64,000 nucleotides of DNA from an uncultured Chloroflexia bacterium (GTDB lineage Bacteria > Chloroflexota > Limnocylindria > Limnocylindrales > CSP1-4). The stretch lies in the NCBI GenBank assembly GCA_963727055.1, contig CAVSEN010000003.1, positions 85,810-149,809 of the forward strand, read 5' to 3'. Under the pieces are notes generated by a model, which saw only the letters and a list, made by a program, of their open reading frames with translations, was not told where the DNA came from and searched no databases. Each line of letters starts with the position of its first letter. The first letter of the stretch is position 1. Both the position numbers and the translations under genes were made by a program. This document shows, one piece after another, positions 45,705-55,181 of this stretch.

Positions 45705-45725
45705 CGGCCAAGGATGGCGGAAGCG

Positions 45726-46673
45726 TCAGGCGCTGGCGACCGACTCGGCTTCGGCCTCGCCCGCGGTGTGGGTGTAGTAGTGGCGATACTCGCCCGGCGA
45801 CATCGCGCATGAGCGGTAGAAGACCTTGTAGAACTGGTACATGTTCGAGTAGCTCACCCGGTGGGCGATGTCGGCCACCGACAGGTCCGTGCCCAGCAGG
45901 AGCTTCTTGGCCTCGGCCAGGCGGGCCTGGGTGAGGTATTCCTTGAAGCCGACCCCGGTCACGTCCTTGAACACGTGGCGGACCCGGGACGAGCTGATGT
46001 GCATCACCCCGGCGATGTCGTCGAGGCTGATCCCCTCGCCGCAATGGCGGTCGACGTAGGCCAGGATCGGCCGGATGTGCTCCCGGCGGTCGGCCATCGC
46101 GCGGAGCGCCGCGCCGGTCGACTCGGCACCCCGGGCGCGATTGACGAGGGCCAGCGCCCGGCGCAGCGTCGCGTCGACCAGGTGGCGCTCGGCCGGATCG
46201 TGGCGGTTCCAGGCGAGCATCAGCTCGGTCAGGACCGGCCCCAGCTCGGCGGCCAGCGGCGAGTCCGCCTGGACCCGGGGCGAGGCGATCCGTTCATCGG
46301 TCCGGAACGGCGCCAGGTAGCCAAGGTCGAGCTCGCGACAGCCCGGGCCGGCGATCAGCTCCGGCCGGAACAGGACGAGCAGGAGGCGGAGCTGGCTCAA
46401 TCCGGCCGACAGGGCGACGTGGGGCTGCGAGTTGTCGATGAAGAAGACGTCGCCGGCCTCGGCCGGCAGGGTCCGCCCGCCGAACAGGAAGCTGCCCCGG
46501 CCGTCCAGGACCAGGGCGATCTCGAGGTAGTCGTGCCAGTGCATCGGGTCGGCCTGCAGCGGCGTGGTGTACTCGAGGATCGAGATCGGGAACTCCGGCT
46601 CCATCGCGTACGACCAGACGTAGAGCGCCATGGCCCGAGGCTGGCGGCCGCCAGCCGCAACGGATAGGGCCAT
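45726..46673 (-). CDS. AraC-family transcriptional regulator (N-terminal cupin sensor plus C-terminal AraC HTH)
   Basis: It has the C-terminal HTH ...ISLDDIAGVMHISSSRVRHVFKDVTGVGFKEYLTQARLAEAKKLL...VSYSNMYQFYKVFYRSCAMSPGEYR. Confidence 0.85.
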   Translation of the reverse strand: MALSVAAGGRQPRAMALYVWSYAMEPEFPISILEYTTPLQADPMHWHDYLEIALVLDGRGSFLFGGRTLPAEAGDVFFIDNSQPHVALSAGLSQLRLLLVLFRPELIAGPGCRELDLGYLAPFRTDERIASPRVQADSPLAAELGPVLTELMLAWNRHDPAERHLVDATLRRALALVNRARGAESTGAALRAMADRREHIRPILAYVDRHCGEGISLDDIAGVMHISSSRVRHVFKDVTGVGFKEYLTQARLAEAKKLLLGTDLSVADIAHRVSYSNMYQFYKVFYRSCAMSPGEYRHYYTHTAGEAEAESVASA

Positions 46674-46814
46674 TTGGAACGAACTGCGGCGTTCCTTCGT
46701 GCCCGGCAGCCGGTTGTGTCAATCGATCGACCCGCTCTGGCATTGCGGCGACCGGCGGGCGACGCCCAGCATCGATGAGTCGAACCGCGCCGATCGAGCA
46801 GGAGAGATCCCGAC

Positions 46815-49010
46815 ATGGACTTCCCGCATCTGTTCAGTCCACTCCAGCTGGGCAACCTCGAGCTTCCCAATCGGATCGTCCACGTGCCGACGGACATCAG
46901 CTCGTCGCACGCGGACGGCGAGGTCAGCGAGCGTGACCTGCACCATCACACGGACATCGCCCGGGGCGGGACCGGGTTCATCATCGTCGGCGCGACCACG
47001 CCCGACCTGGCGACCGGCCGGCCGACGGTCACCTGCCTGTCGGCCGACGGCGACAACTACATCCCGGGCCTGGCCCGCCTGGCCGAGGGGATGCATCGCT
47101 ACGGCGCCAGGTGCGCTGTCCAGCTCCAGCATCCAGGCCGGCAGTGCGCGATCCCGCGCTACAACACGCTCGGCGCGACCGACCGGGTCCTGAAGCTGCC
47201 CTGGTCGGCCGGCCACGAGATCGTCTACGAGAACGCCGAGGAGCAGGGCAAGGAGATCCGCGAGGCGTCGATCGCCGAGATCCTGGGCCTCGTCGACTTG
47301 TTCAGCGAGGCGGCCTGGCGGGTCAAGCAGGCCGGCTTCGACGCGGTCGAGCTGCACGCGGCCCACGGCTACCTGCTGTCGGAGTTCATGAGCCCGTTCC
47401 TGAACATGCGCACCGACCGCTTCGGTGGCAGCCTCGAGAACCGGATGCGCTTCCCGCTGGCGGTCGTCGATTCGATCCAGAAGAAGTGCGGGCGGGGCTT
47501 CCCGCTCCTGGTCCGCTACTCGTTCGAGGAGTTCTGCGAGGGCGGCCGGCAGCTCGAGGAGGGCATCGAGATCGCCCGGATCCTGGAGCGCGCCGGCTGC
47601 GCCGCCGTCGACCTGTCGATGGGCATGCAGGAGAGCGCCGGGGCGGGCTTCGACCCGATGCAGTACCCCCAGGGCTGGGCCACCTACGCGGCCGAGGCGG
47701 TCAAGAAGGCCGTCCGGATCCCGGTCATCACCAGCCACTCGCTGCGCGACCCGGAGTACTGCGAGCAGATCATCGCCGAAGGCAAGACCGACCTGGTCGG
47801 GCTGGCCCGGCAGCTGCTGGCCGACCCGTACTGGCCGGTCAAGGCCCAGTACGGGCGGGTCAAGTCGATCCGGCGCTGCATCTCCTGCCTCGGCGGCTGC
47901 TGGCAGGAGTCGCTGATGGCCAAGAAGGAGATCGCCTGCTCGATCAACGCGGCCTGCGGCAAGCCGGCCTACGCCGGGGCGCAGCGCACGACGAAGCCGG
48001 TTCGAGTCGCCGTCGTCGGCGGCGGGCCGGCCGGCATGGAGGCCGCCCGGATCGCGACCGAGCGCGGTCACCTGGTCACCCTCTTCGAGCAGGCCGGTGA
48101 GCTGGGCGGCGCGCTCAAGTACGTCTGCCTGGTCCCGGGCAAGGAGAAGATGCGCTGGTACCTGGACTGGATCCGCGACCAGCTCGTCGAGCTGACCGTC
48201 GACATCCGCCTGAACCATGCGCCGACCGTGGCCGAGCTGCGCGGCTTCGACATCGTCCTGAACGCGACCGGCGCCCATTCCTACGTGCCCGAGGTCGCCG
48301 GCGATCCGTCGCGGGTCGTGCCGTTCGAGGACACGATGGCCTGCCCCAAGGTCGCCTGCGAGTGCTTCCCGGGGGGCCGCAAGCTGCACAAGCTCGGCCA
48401 GCGCGTCCTGCTCTGGGGCGACGACTACGCGGCGGCCGACACGGCCGCCTTCCTGGCCAACATCGGCAAGCAGGTCACGATCGTGACCGAGAATCCCGAG
48501 TTCGCCGCCGACTGCGAAGTCATCCACATGTACGTGCTCCGCAAGCGCTTCGCCCAGGGGGACGCCGAGGTCCTGACGTCGCGGCCCTATCCCCACCCGG
48601 TCACGGTCCTGACCAGCACGACCGTGCTCGAGATCCGGCCCGGCGAGGTCGTCCTCCAGGGCCGGGACTTTGCCCGCACGACCCTCGCCGTCGACGACGT
48701 GGTCACCTGCCGGACCCGGCCCCAGGTGGGCTTCCTGGCCGAACTGCGCGCCGCCGGCATCCACGTCCTCAACGTCGGCGACTCGGTCCGGCCCCGGAAC
48801 CTGTACCACGCGGTCAAGGAAGGTTCGGCGTTCGGCTACGAGGTCGACCAGAACCTCCTCTTCAACCCGAACGGCGCGATCCTGAATGACCTGCCGATCG
48901 ACGTCCTGGCCCAGCTCACCCGTGAGCCCGGACCGTCCTACTCGACCCGTCAGATGCTGGTCATCGCCGAGGCGCTGGACCACCGGCCCGGAACCCCGAG
49001 CAGCCGCTAG
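46815..49010 (+). CDS. Old-yellow-enzyme-like NADH:flavin oxidoreductase fused to an FAD/NAD(P)-binding domain (2,4-dienoyl-CoA reductase FadH-like)
   Basis: N-terminal OYE TIM barrel (HAAHGYLLSEFMSP) with a 4Fe-4S Cys cluster (CISCLGGCW...C) and a C-terminal GGGPAG Rossmann domain. Confidence 0.85.
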   Translation: MDFPHLFSPLQLGNLELPNRIVHVPTDISSSHADGEVSERDLHHHTDIARGGTGFIIVGATTPDLATGRPTVTCLSADGDNYIPGLARLAEGMHRYGARCAVQLQHPGRQCAIPRYNTLGATDRVLKLPWSAGHEIVYENAEEQGKEIREASIAEILGLVDLFSEAAWRVKQAGFDAVELHAAHGYLLSEFMSPFLNMRTDRFGGSLENRMRFPLAVVDSIQKKCGRGFPLLVRYSFEEFCEGGRQLEEGIEIARILERAGCAAVDLSMGMQESAGAGFDPMQYPQGWATYAAEAVKKAVRIPVITSHSLRDPEYCEQIIAEGKTDLVGLARQLLADPYWPVKAQYGRVKSIRRCISCLGGCWQESLMAKKEIACSINAACGKPAYAGAQRTTKPVRVAVVGGGPAGMEAARIATERGHLVTLFEQAGELGGALKYVCLVPGKEKMRWYLDWIRDQLVELTVDIRLNHAPTVAELRGFDIVLNATGAHSYVPEVAGDPSRVVPFEDTMACPKVACECFPGGRKLHKLGQRVLLWGDDYAAADTAAFLANIGKQVTIVTENPEFAADCEVIHMYVLRKRFAQGDAEVLTSRPYPHPVTVLTSTTVLEIRPGEVVLQGRDFARTTLAVDDVVTCRTRPQVGFLAELRAAGIHVLNVGDSVRPRNLYHAVKEGSAFGYEVDQNLLFNPNGAILNDLPIDVLAQLTREPGPSYSTRQMLVIAEALDHRPGTPSSR

Positions 49011-49035
49011 GGGCGGCCGATGACAACTTCCTCGA

Positions 49036-49071
49036 TGATCGATCATTGCTCGTCTAGTCGTATAGACTGGT
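49036..49071. promoter_or_regulatory. AT-rich promoter elements: a perfect palindrome TGATCGATCA (49036-49045) and a dre-like box CTAGTCGTATAGACTGGT (49054-49071)
   Basis: Both were read from the sequence. They lie 60-95 nt upstream of the first gene of the 12-gene operon, which encodes a GntR/HutC regulator. The box shares 11/16 positions with the DasR/NagR dre consensus ACTGGTCTAGACCAGT. Confidence 0.4.
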
Positions 49072-49132
49072 TGCGCCCCGCGGCCCAGCGGGCGACCGGC
49101 TCACTGCCGGGCAGCGAGGAGGCCCTCCACGG

Positions 49133-50341
49133 ATGACGAGACAAGGTGACATCGGGACCGCGGTCATCGGCTCCGGCTTCATCGGCACGGTCCATGTCGA
49201 GGCCCTCCGCCGGATCGGCGTCCGGATCACCGGCCTGCTCGAGTCCTCGCCCGAACTTGGAGCCACGCGGGCGGCCGAGCTCAGCCTGGCCGGCTCATAC
49301 GGGTCGCTGGCCGAGCTGCTCGCCGACGATGCCGTCCAGGTCGTCCACGTCACCTCGCCCAACGCCCTGCACCACCCGCAGGTCAGGCAGATCCTGGCCG
49401 CGGGCAAGCATGTGGTGTGCGAGAAGCCGCTGGCCCTGACCTCGACCGAGTCGGCCGAGCTGGTCGGCCTGGCCGAGGCCAGCGGACTGGTCAACGCGGT
49501 CAACTTCAACCTGCGTTTCTACCCGCTCAACCAGCATCTCGCCGGCCTGGTCGCCGCCGGCGGTCTGGGCGACGTCCGCCTCGTCACCGGCCGCTACTTC
49601 CAGGACTGGCTGCTGTACGACACCGACTGGAACTGGCGCCTCGAGAAGGACACCGGCGGCACGCTCCGGGCGGTCGGCGACATCGGCTCGCACTGGCTCG
49701 ACCTGATGAGCTTCCTGACCGGCTGCCGGATCGAGTCGGTCGTGGCCGACCTGACCACGTTCATCCCGGTCCGCCAGCGGCCGGCCGGCCCGGTCCGCAC
49801 CTTCTCGACCGAACGGGCGACCGAGACGATCCCGGTGGCGATCGAGACCGAGGACGTCGCGACGATCATGATCCGGTTCGAGGGTGGTGCCCGGGGCAGC
49901 TGCGCGATCTCGCAGCTGAGCGCCGGCCGGAAGAACAGCCTGGTCTACGAGATCGATGGCGCCGCCGCCGCCGCGGCCTGGGACTCGGAGCAGCCCGAGC
50001 AGCTCTGGATCGGCCATCGGGACGAGCCCAATGAGCTGCTCCTGCGCAATCCGGCCCTGATGAACGCCGCCGGGCGGGCCGCAGCCCGCCTCCCGGGCGG
50101 CCACGTCGAGGGCTTCGCCGACACGTTCGCGGCCGCCTTCAGCGCGATCTATGCCGACGTCATTGCCGGCGGCCCGACGGCCACCCGCAGCTATGCCAAT
50201 TTCGCCGATGGCCACGAGGAGATGCTGGTCGGGGACGCGGTCCTCGAGAGCTCGCGCACCGGGCGCTGGGTCCCGGTCGCCCGGAGCGGCGCCCCGGGCG
50301 GGACCGATCGGCGATCGAACCAGGAGGTTTCGTCCCGATGA
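49133..50341 (+). CDS. Gfo/Idh/MocA-family NAD(P)-dependent oxidoreductase
   Basis: AVIGSGFIGTVH Rossmann, EKP motif. Confidence 0.9.
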   Translation: MTRQGDIGTAVIGSGFIGTVHVEALRRIGVRITGLLESSPELGATRAAELSLAGSYGSLAELLADDAVQVVHVTSPNALHHPQVRQILAAGKHVVCEKPLALTSTESAELVGLAEASGLVNAVNFNLRFYPLNQHLAGLVAAGGLGDVRLVTGRYFQDWLLYDTDWNWRLEKDTGGTLRAVGDIGSHWLDLMSFLTGCRIESVVADLTTFIPVRQRPAGPVRTFSTERATETIPVAIETEDVATIMIRFEGGARGSCAISQLSAGRKNSLVYEIDGAAAAAAWDSEQPEQLWIGHRDEPNELLLRNPALMNAAGRAAARLPGGHVEGFADTFAAAFSAIYADVIAGGPTATRSYANFADGHEEMLVGDAVLESSRTGRWVPVARSGAPGGTDRRSNQEVSSR

Positions 50342-51252
50342 AGCTGGGCTTCCTGACCGCTCCGTTTCCCGCCACGCCGCTGGCCGAGGTGGCCGACTGG
50401 GGCGCCGCGGCCGGCTTCGAGGTGCTCGAGATCGCCTGCTGGCCACGGACCGGGGGCAGCGCCCGGCGCTACGCCGGCACGAGCCACATCGACGTCGCCA
50501 ACCTCTCGGCGAGCCAGGCAACCGAGCTGGTCGACGAGCTGCGCGCCACGGGCCTGTCGATCTCCGGGCTGGGCTTCTATCCCAATCCGCTCCACCCCGA
50601 TCCGGCCCACCGAGCGGCGGTCATCGCCCACCTCAAGGACGTCATCACCGCGGCCGAGAAGATGGACGTCGCCCTGGTCAACACGTTCATGGGCGGCGAC
50701 GCGGCCCGCAACCCGGACGAGAACTGGGAGGAGGCGCTCCGGGTCTGGCCCGAGATCGTCGCCTTCGCCCGCGACCACGGCCGGAAGATCACCCTCGAGA
50801 ACTGCCCGATGCTCTTCTCCTACGACGAATGGCCGGGCGGCCACAACATCGCCACCAGCCCCCGGATGTGGCGCCGGATCCTGGAGCAGTGGGGCGACAC
50901 GATCGGGCTGAACTTCGACCCGAGCCACCTCGTCCTGCAGATGATCGACACCCGGCGCTTCCTCAAGGAGTTCGGGCCGCACGTCCTCCATTTCCAGGCC
51001 AAGGACCTGATGATCGACCGCGACGGGCTGTACGAGCGCGGGATCTTCTCGCTGGGGATGGGCTGGCAGATCCCGCGCATCCCGGGCCTGGGCGAGGTCG
51101 ACTGGCCGGCCGTCTTCTCCGAGCTGTACCGCGCCGGCTACGAAGGCGACTGCATCATCGAGCACGAAGACCGGCGGTTCGAAGGCAGCGACGAGAAGGT
51201 CAAGCAGGGCTTTCTCATCGCCCGGGACATCCTGCGTCCGTACTGCCGCTAG
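50338..51252 (+). CDS. Sugar phosphate isomerase/epimerase (xylose-isomerase-like TIM barrel)
   Basis: Family signature present. The ATG overlaps the upstream stop. Confidence 0.85.
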   Translation: MKLGFLTAPFPATPLAEVADWGAAAGFEVLEIACWPRTGGSARRYAGTSHIDVANLSASQATELVDELRATGLSISGLGFYPNPLHPDPAHRAAVIAHLKDVITAAEKMDVALVNTFMGGDAARNPDENWEEALRVWPEIVAFARDHGRKITLENCPMLFSYDEWPGGHNIATSPRMWRRILEQWGDTIGLNFDPSHLVLQMIDTRRFLKEFGPHVLHFQAKDLMIDRDGLYERGIFSLGMGWQIPRIPGLGEVDWPAVFSELYRAGYEGDCIIEHEDRRFEGSDEKVKQGFLIARDILRPYCR

Positions 51253-51274
51253 CGTCCCGAGACTGGAGCCCCTG

Positions 51275-52009
51275 ATGACCCTGTCCATCGACGACCTGAC
51301 CGAGCGCGACATCGCCAAGGCGATCGACCATTCGCTCCTGCGGCCCGAGCTCGACGACGCCTTCGTCGAGGCCGGCTGCCGGCTCGCGGCGAAGTACGAC
51401 GTCGCCTCGGTCTGCGTCCGGCCGGTCGACGTCCGCCGGGCCAGGGCGATCCTGGCCGGGACCGACGTCGCGGTCGGGACGACGATCGGCTTCCCCCACG
51501 GCAATCACCTGACCGAGGTCAAGGTCCTCGAGGCCCGGCGCGCGCTGGCCGACGGGGCGACCGAGCTCGACATGGTCCTCCAGGTCGCCGCCCTCAAGTC
51601 GGGCCGCGACGCCGACGTCGAGGCCGACATCCGGGCGGTCGTCGAGGTCGGCCATGCGGCCGGCGCCATCGTCAAGGTGATCTTCGAGAACGCCTACCTG
51701 ACCGACGACGAGAAGATCCGGGCCTGCCACCTGACCGAGGCCGCCGGTGGCGATTTCGTCAAGACGAGCACCGGCTTTGCGCCGAGTGGCGCGACCCACG
51801 ACGACCTGCGCCTGATGCGGGCCAACACCCGGCCAACGACCCGGGTCAAGGCGGCCGGCGGCGTCCGCAGCCTCGACGCGCTGCTGGCCGTGATGGACCT
51901 GGGCGTGACCCGGATCGGCGCCACGGCGACCGAGTCGATCATCGAGGAGTTCCGGGCGCGCAAGGCCGGCCGGAGCCTGGCGGCGACGGCGCCCGACGTG
52001 GGCTACTGA
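51275..52009 (+). CDS. deoC: Deoxyribose-phosphate aldolase
   Basis: FVKTSTGF Schiff-base lysine and the IDHSLL motif. Confidence 0.85.
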   Translation: MTLSIDDLTERDIAKAIDHSLLRPELDDAFVEAGCRLAAKYDVASVCVRPVDVRRARAILAGTDVAVGTTIGFPHGNHLTEVKVLEARRALADGATELDMVLQVAALKSGRDADVEADIRAVVEVGHAAGAIVKVIFENAYLTDDEKIRACHLTEAAGGDFVKTSTGFAPSGATHDDLRLMRANTRPTTRVKAAGGVRSLDALLAVMDLGVTRIGATATESIIEEFRARKAGRSLAATAPDVGY

Positions 52010-53067
52010 TGGCCGTCGTCGGAATCGGCATGCTCGGGTCGGGATTCATCGGCGAGTTCCATACCCTCGGCCTGCGCCATGTCCCGGAGGCCCGGGTCGT
52101 GGCCAACTTCGGGGCCGGGCGCGAGCGGCGCGAGGCGTTCGCCGCTCGCTTCGATAGCCGGCCGCTCGGCTCGATCGAGGCCGTCTGCCACGATCCGGCG
52201 GTCGACCTCGTCGTGGTCTCGCTGCCCAACCATCTTCACCGGGCCGCCGTCCTGGCCGCCGCCGCGGCGGGCAAGGCCGTCGCCTGCACCAAGCCGCTGG
52301 GCCGGACCGGCGCCGAGGCGGCCGCGATGCTGGCCGCGGTCGAGGCCGGCGGCCTGTTCCACGCCTATCTCGAGAACGTCGTGTTCAACGCCGAGATCGT
52401 CCGGATGCGGGAGCTGATCGAGGCCGGCGCGATCGGCCGGCTGACGACCTTCCGGGCCAGGGAAGGGCACAGCGGGCCGCACGCGGCCCACTTCTGGGAC
52501 GCCGACCTGGCCGGCGGCGGGGCGCTCCTCGACATGGCCGCCCACGGCATCGAGTGCGCCCGCTACCTGTTCGGCAAGGACGCCGCCGTCCGCGAGGTCT
52601 TCGCCTGGGCCGCCACGCTGGTCCACGGTGAGCGCACCACGGCCGAGGACAACGCCGTCCTCGTCGCCCGGCTCGAAGACGGCCGGGCGTTCACCTGCGA
52701 CGTGTCGTGGTCTTCGCGGGGCGGCCTCGAGGGCCGTTTCGAGGCCTACGGCGACGAGGGCCGGATGATCGAGGACCTGGGCACCACTTCGCTCCGGGCG
52801 TTCATCGGCCGCCCGGCGGGCTACATCGGCGAGAAGGCCGACGCCGACACGGGCTGGACCTACCCGGTGCCCGACGAGACCCACGTCCACGGCCACGACG
52901 CGATGATGGCCGACGTCGTCGGGTCGTTCATCGCCGGCCGCCCGCCGCGCGAGACCTTCCGGGATGGCCTGATCGTCAACACGATCCTCGACGCGGCCTA
53001 CCGCTCGACCCGGACCGGCTGCTGGGAAGTGGTCAGCCCGGCGCCGGTCCTGGCGGGGGTCGCCTGA
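52009..53067 (+). CDS. Gfo/Idh/MocA-family oxidoreductase (second copy)
   Basis: IGMLGSGFIGEFH Rossmann. The start overlaps the deoC stop. Confidence 0.9.
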   Translation: MAVVGIGMLGSGFIGEFHTLGLRHVPEARVVANFGAGRERREAFAARFDSRPLGSIEAVCHDPAVDLVVVSLPNHLHRAAVLAAAAAGKAVACTKPLGRTGAEAAAMLAAVEAGGLFHAYLENVVFNAEIVRMRELIEAGAIGRLTTFRAREGHSGPHAAHFWDADLAGGGALLDMAAHGIECARYLFGKDAAVREVFAWAATLVHGERTTAEDNAVLVARLEDGRAFTCDVSWSSRGGLEGRFEAYGDEGRMIEDLGTTSLRAFIGRPAGYIGEKADADTGWTYPVPDETHVHGHDAMMADVVGSFIAGRPPRETFRDGLIVNTILDAAYRSTRTGCWEVVSPAPVLAGVA

Positions 53068-53915
53068 TGGCCAGCGGCGGATCAGCGGCCGCGACCTGGC
53101 TGCGCGAGGCGGTCGCCCTGCTCGGGCGCCTGGGGGAGACCCAGGCCGAGGCGATCGAGACCGCCAGCCAGTGGTGCGCCGAGGCGATCGCCAACGACGG
53201 CCTCGTCCACCTGTTCGGGGCCGGCCACTCGCGGATCGGCGTCGAGGAGATGTTCCCGCGCTACGGGTCGTATCCCGGCTTCAACCCGATGGTCGAGCTG
53301 TCGGTGACCTACCACACCCAGGTCGTGGGTTCGAACGGCCAGCGCCAGGCGATGTTCATCGAGCGGATGCCCGGGCTGGCCGAAGTGATCCTGTCGAACT
53401 TCAGGTTCGGCGCCCATGACGCGATGATCGTCTTCTCGGCCAGCGGCCTGACCGCTCTGCCGGTCGAGATGGCCCGCGGCGCCCAGGCCCGCGGCCTGCG
53501 CGTGATCGCGGTCACCTCCGTTGCCCAATCCCTCTCCGGCCAGCCTGAGCCTGGGGCCGGAGCTCGCCTCCTGGAGGTGGCCGATCTCGTGATCGACATC
53601 TGCACCCCGCCCGCGGACGCGATGGTGACCATTGGCTCCCTAGATACCCCCATCGGGCCCGGGTCGACGATCGGCGCGGTCGCCATCGTCAACTCGATCA
53701 AGGTCCGGACCGCCGAGCTCCTCGTGGAGCTTGGGGCCATGACCCCCGTGATGACCCGCGCAAGCGTCGTCGGCACGGCCCGGTCCAAGGCCCTGTTTGA
53801 GTCGGCCTATCAAGAGCATGCGCGGCGGCTCGCCCGCGCGATTGACCTGCAAGGAGGTGGGAGACCGAGCGATGAGTCCGTTGCATCCAGCACACCCAGC
53901 ACGGGCCGGCCATAG
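53067..53915 (+). CDS. SIS (sugar isomerase) domain protein
   Basis: LFGAGHSRIG... SIS-like fold. The ATG overlaps the upstream stop (ATGA). Confidence 0.7.
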   Translation: MASGGSAAATWLREAVALLGRLGETQAEAIETASQWCAEAIANDGLVHLFGAGHSRIGVEEMFPRYGSYPGFNPMVELSVTYHTQVVGSNGQRQAMFIERMPGLAEVILSNFRFGAHDAMIVFSASGLTALPVEMARGAQARGLRVIAVTSVAQSLSGQPEPGAGARLLEVADLVIDICTPPADAMVTIGSLDTPIGPGSTIGAVAIVNSIKVRTAELLVELGAMTPVMTRASVVGTARSKALFESAYQEHARRLARAIDLQGGGRPSDESVASSTPSTGRP

Positions 53916-53957
53916 ACCACGCAATCGTCGGCCGGGCACAGGAGGATTCGAGATCTC

Positions 53958-55100
53958 ATGAACCATTCCGGTATCGCCCGCGCGCTCGCGACGCTGACCA
54001 CGGTCGTGGTCGTCGCGGCGGCGTGCACCAGCACTGCCACGACCCAGCCCGGGTCCAGTACCGCTCCGGGTACGTCCGGCGCACCGGCCGGCAAGACCTA
54101 CACGATCGGCTATTCCAACGGCTCGAGCGTCGGCAACGGCTTCCGCGAGGAGCAGGTCTGCACCGCCAAGGCGCAGGCCAAGGCCTCCGGGGCCGTCTCC
54201 ACGCTGACCGTCATCCATCGCAACACGGACGCCGCCGGGCAGCTTTCCGACATCCGTGACCTGATCGCCAAGAACGTCAACGCGATCGTCTTCAACCCGA
54301 ACGATCCGTCCGCCCTCAACCCGGCCCTGGCCGAGGCGAAGGCCGCCGGCATCGTGACCGTCTCGGTCGATGCCTACGTCACCGACACGAACACGTACAA
54401 CCTGTACAACAACCAGGTCAAGTACGCCGAGCTCGGGGCCAAGTGGCTGTTCGACCAGATGGGCGGCACCGGGACCGTCTACTACATGCGCGGGCTTGCC
54501 GGCAACTCGGCTGACTCCGACCGCGACACCGGCTTCAAGAACGTGCTCAAGAGCTATCCCAACATCAAGGTCGTCCCGAACGCCGATGGCGTCGCCACGG
54601 GCTGGGATCCGGCCACGGCCACCCAGCTGATCAATGCCTTCATTGCCAGCGGCCAGTACGACTCGATCCAGGGCATCTGGACCTCCGGCATGGACTCGAT
54701 GATCGTCGATGCGATCAAGTCCGCCAACAAGAAGTTCGTGCCGATCGTCGGCGCGGACCTCGGCGCGTTCGTCAAGCAGCTCCTCGACCCGGTCGGCTAT
54801 CCGGGCCTCAAGGGCGTCGCGGTCACCAACACCGCGGCCGTCGGCGGCGCAGGCATCGGCCTGGCGCTCAAGCTCCTCAACCACGAGACGGTCACCACTG
54901 ACCCCTCGGCAGCCCATCCGAACACCGTCCTGCTGGACCCGGTCGCGGTCGACAACACGACCGATGCCGGCAAGGCCCAGCTCAAGTCCTGGCAGTCGGT
55001 TCCGGGCCTCGACCCGACCTGGCCGCTCGGCATCCAGATCGCGGGATACACCACGTATACCCCCGACCAGGCCATCGCCTGCAAGGGCCCGGGCGAATAG
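53958..55100 (+). CDS. Sugar ABC transporter substrate-binding lipoprotein (RbsB/periplasmic-binding type I)
   Basis: The signal plus lipobox is MNHSGIARALATLTTVVVVAAACTST. The fold is PBP type I. Confidence 0.85.
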   Translation: MNHSGIARALATLTTVVVVAAACTSTATTQPGSSTAPGTSGAPAGKTYTIGYSNGSSVGNGFREEQVCTAKAQAKASGAVSTLTVIHRNTDAAGQLSDIRDLIAKNVNAIVFNPNDPSALNPALAEAKAAGIVTVSVDAYVTDTNTYNLYNNQVKYAELGAKWLFDQMGGTGTVYYMRGLAGNSADSDRDTGFKNVLKSYPNIKVVPNADGVATGWDPATATQLINAFIASGQYDSIQGIWTSGMDSMIVDAIKSANKKFVPIVGADLGAFVKQLLDPVGYPGLKGVAVTNTAAVGGAGIGLALKLLNHETVTTDPSAAHPNTVLLDPVAVDNTTDAGKAQLKSWQSVPGLDPTWPLGIQIAGYTTYTPDQAIACKGPGE

Positions 55101-55181
55101 CCCCCACCTGAGCTGACACCCAGGCGAGGGGCGCCGGGCCCAACCGGCACCCCTCGCCCAACCCCACCCATAATCGGACCG

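Noticed and set aside
46719-46732. TCAATCGATCGACC near the AraC/OYE divergent promoter as a fifth LacI-type site
   Set aside because: It shares only the CAATCGATC core, which also appears at 28536 and 49037, and lacks the GCAACCG half. It may be an unrelated ATCGAT palindrome, and the evidence is too weak to call.
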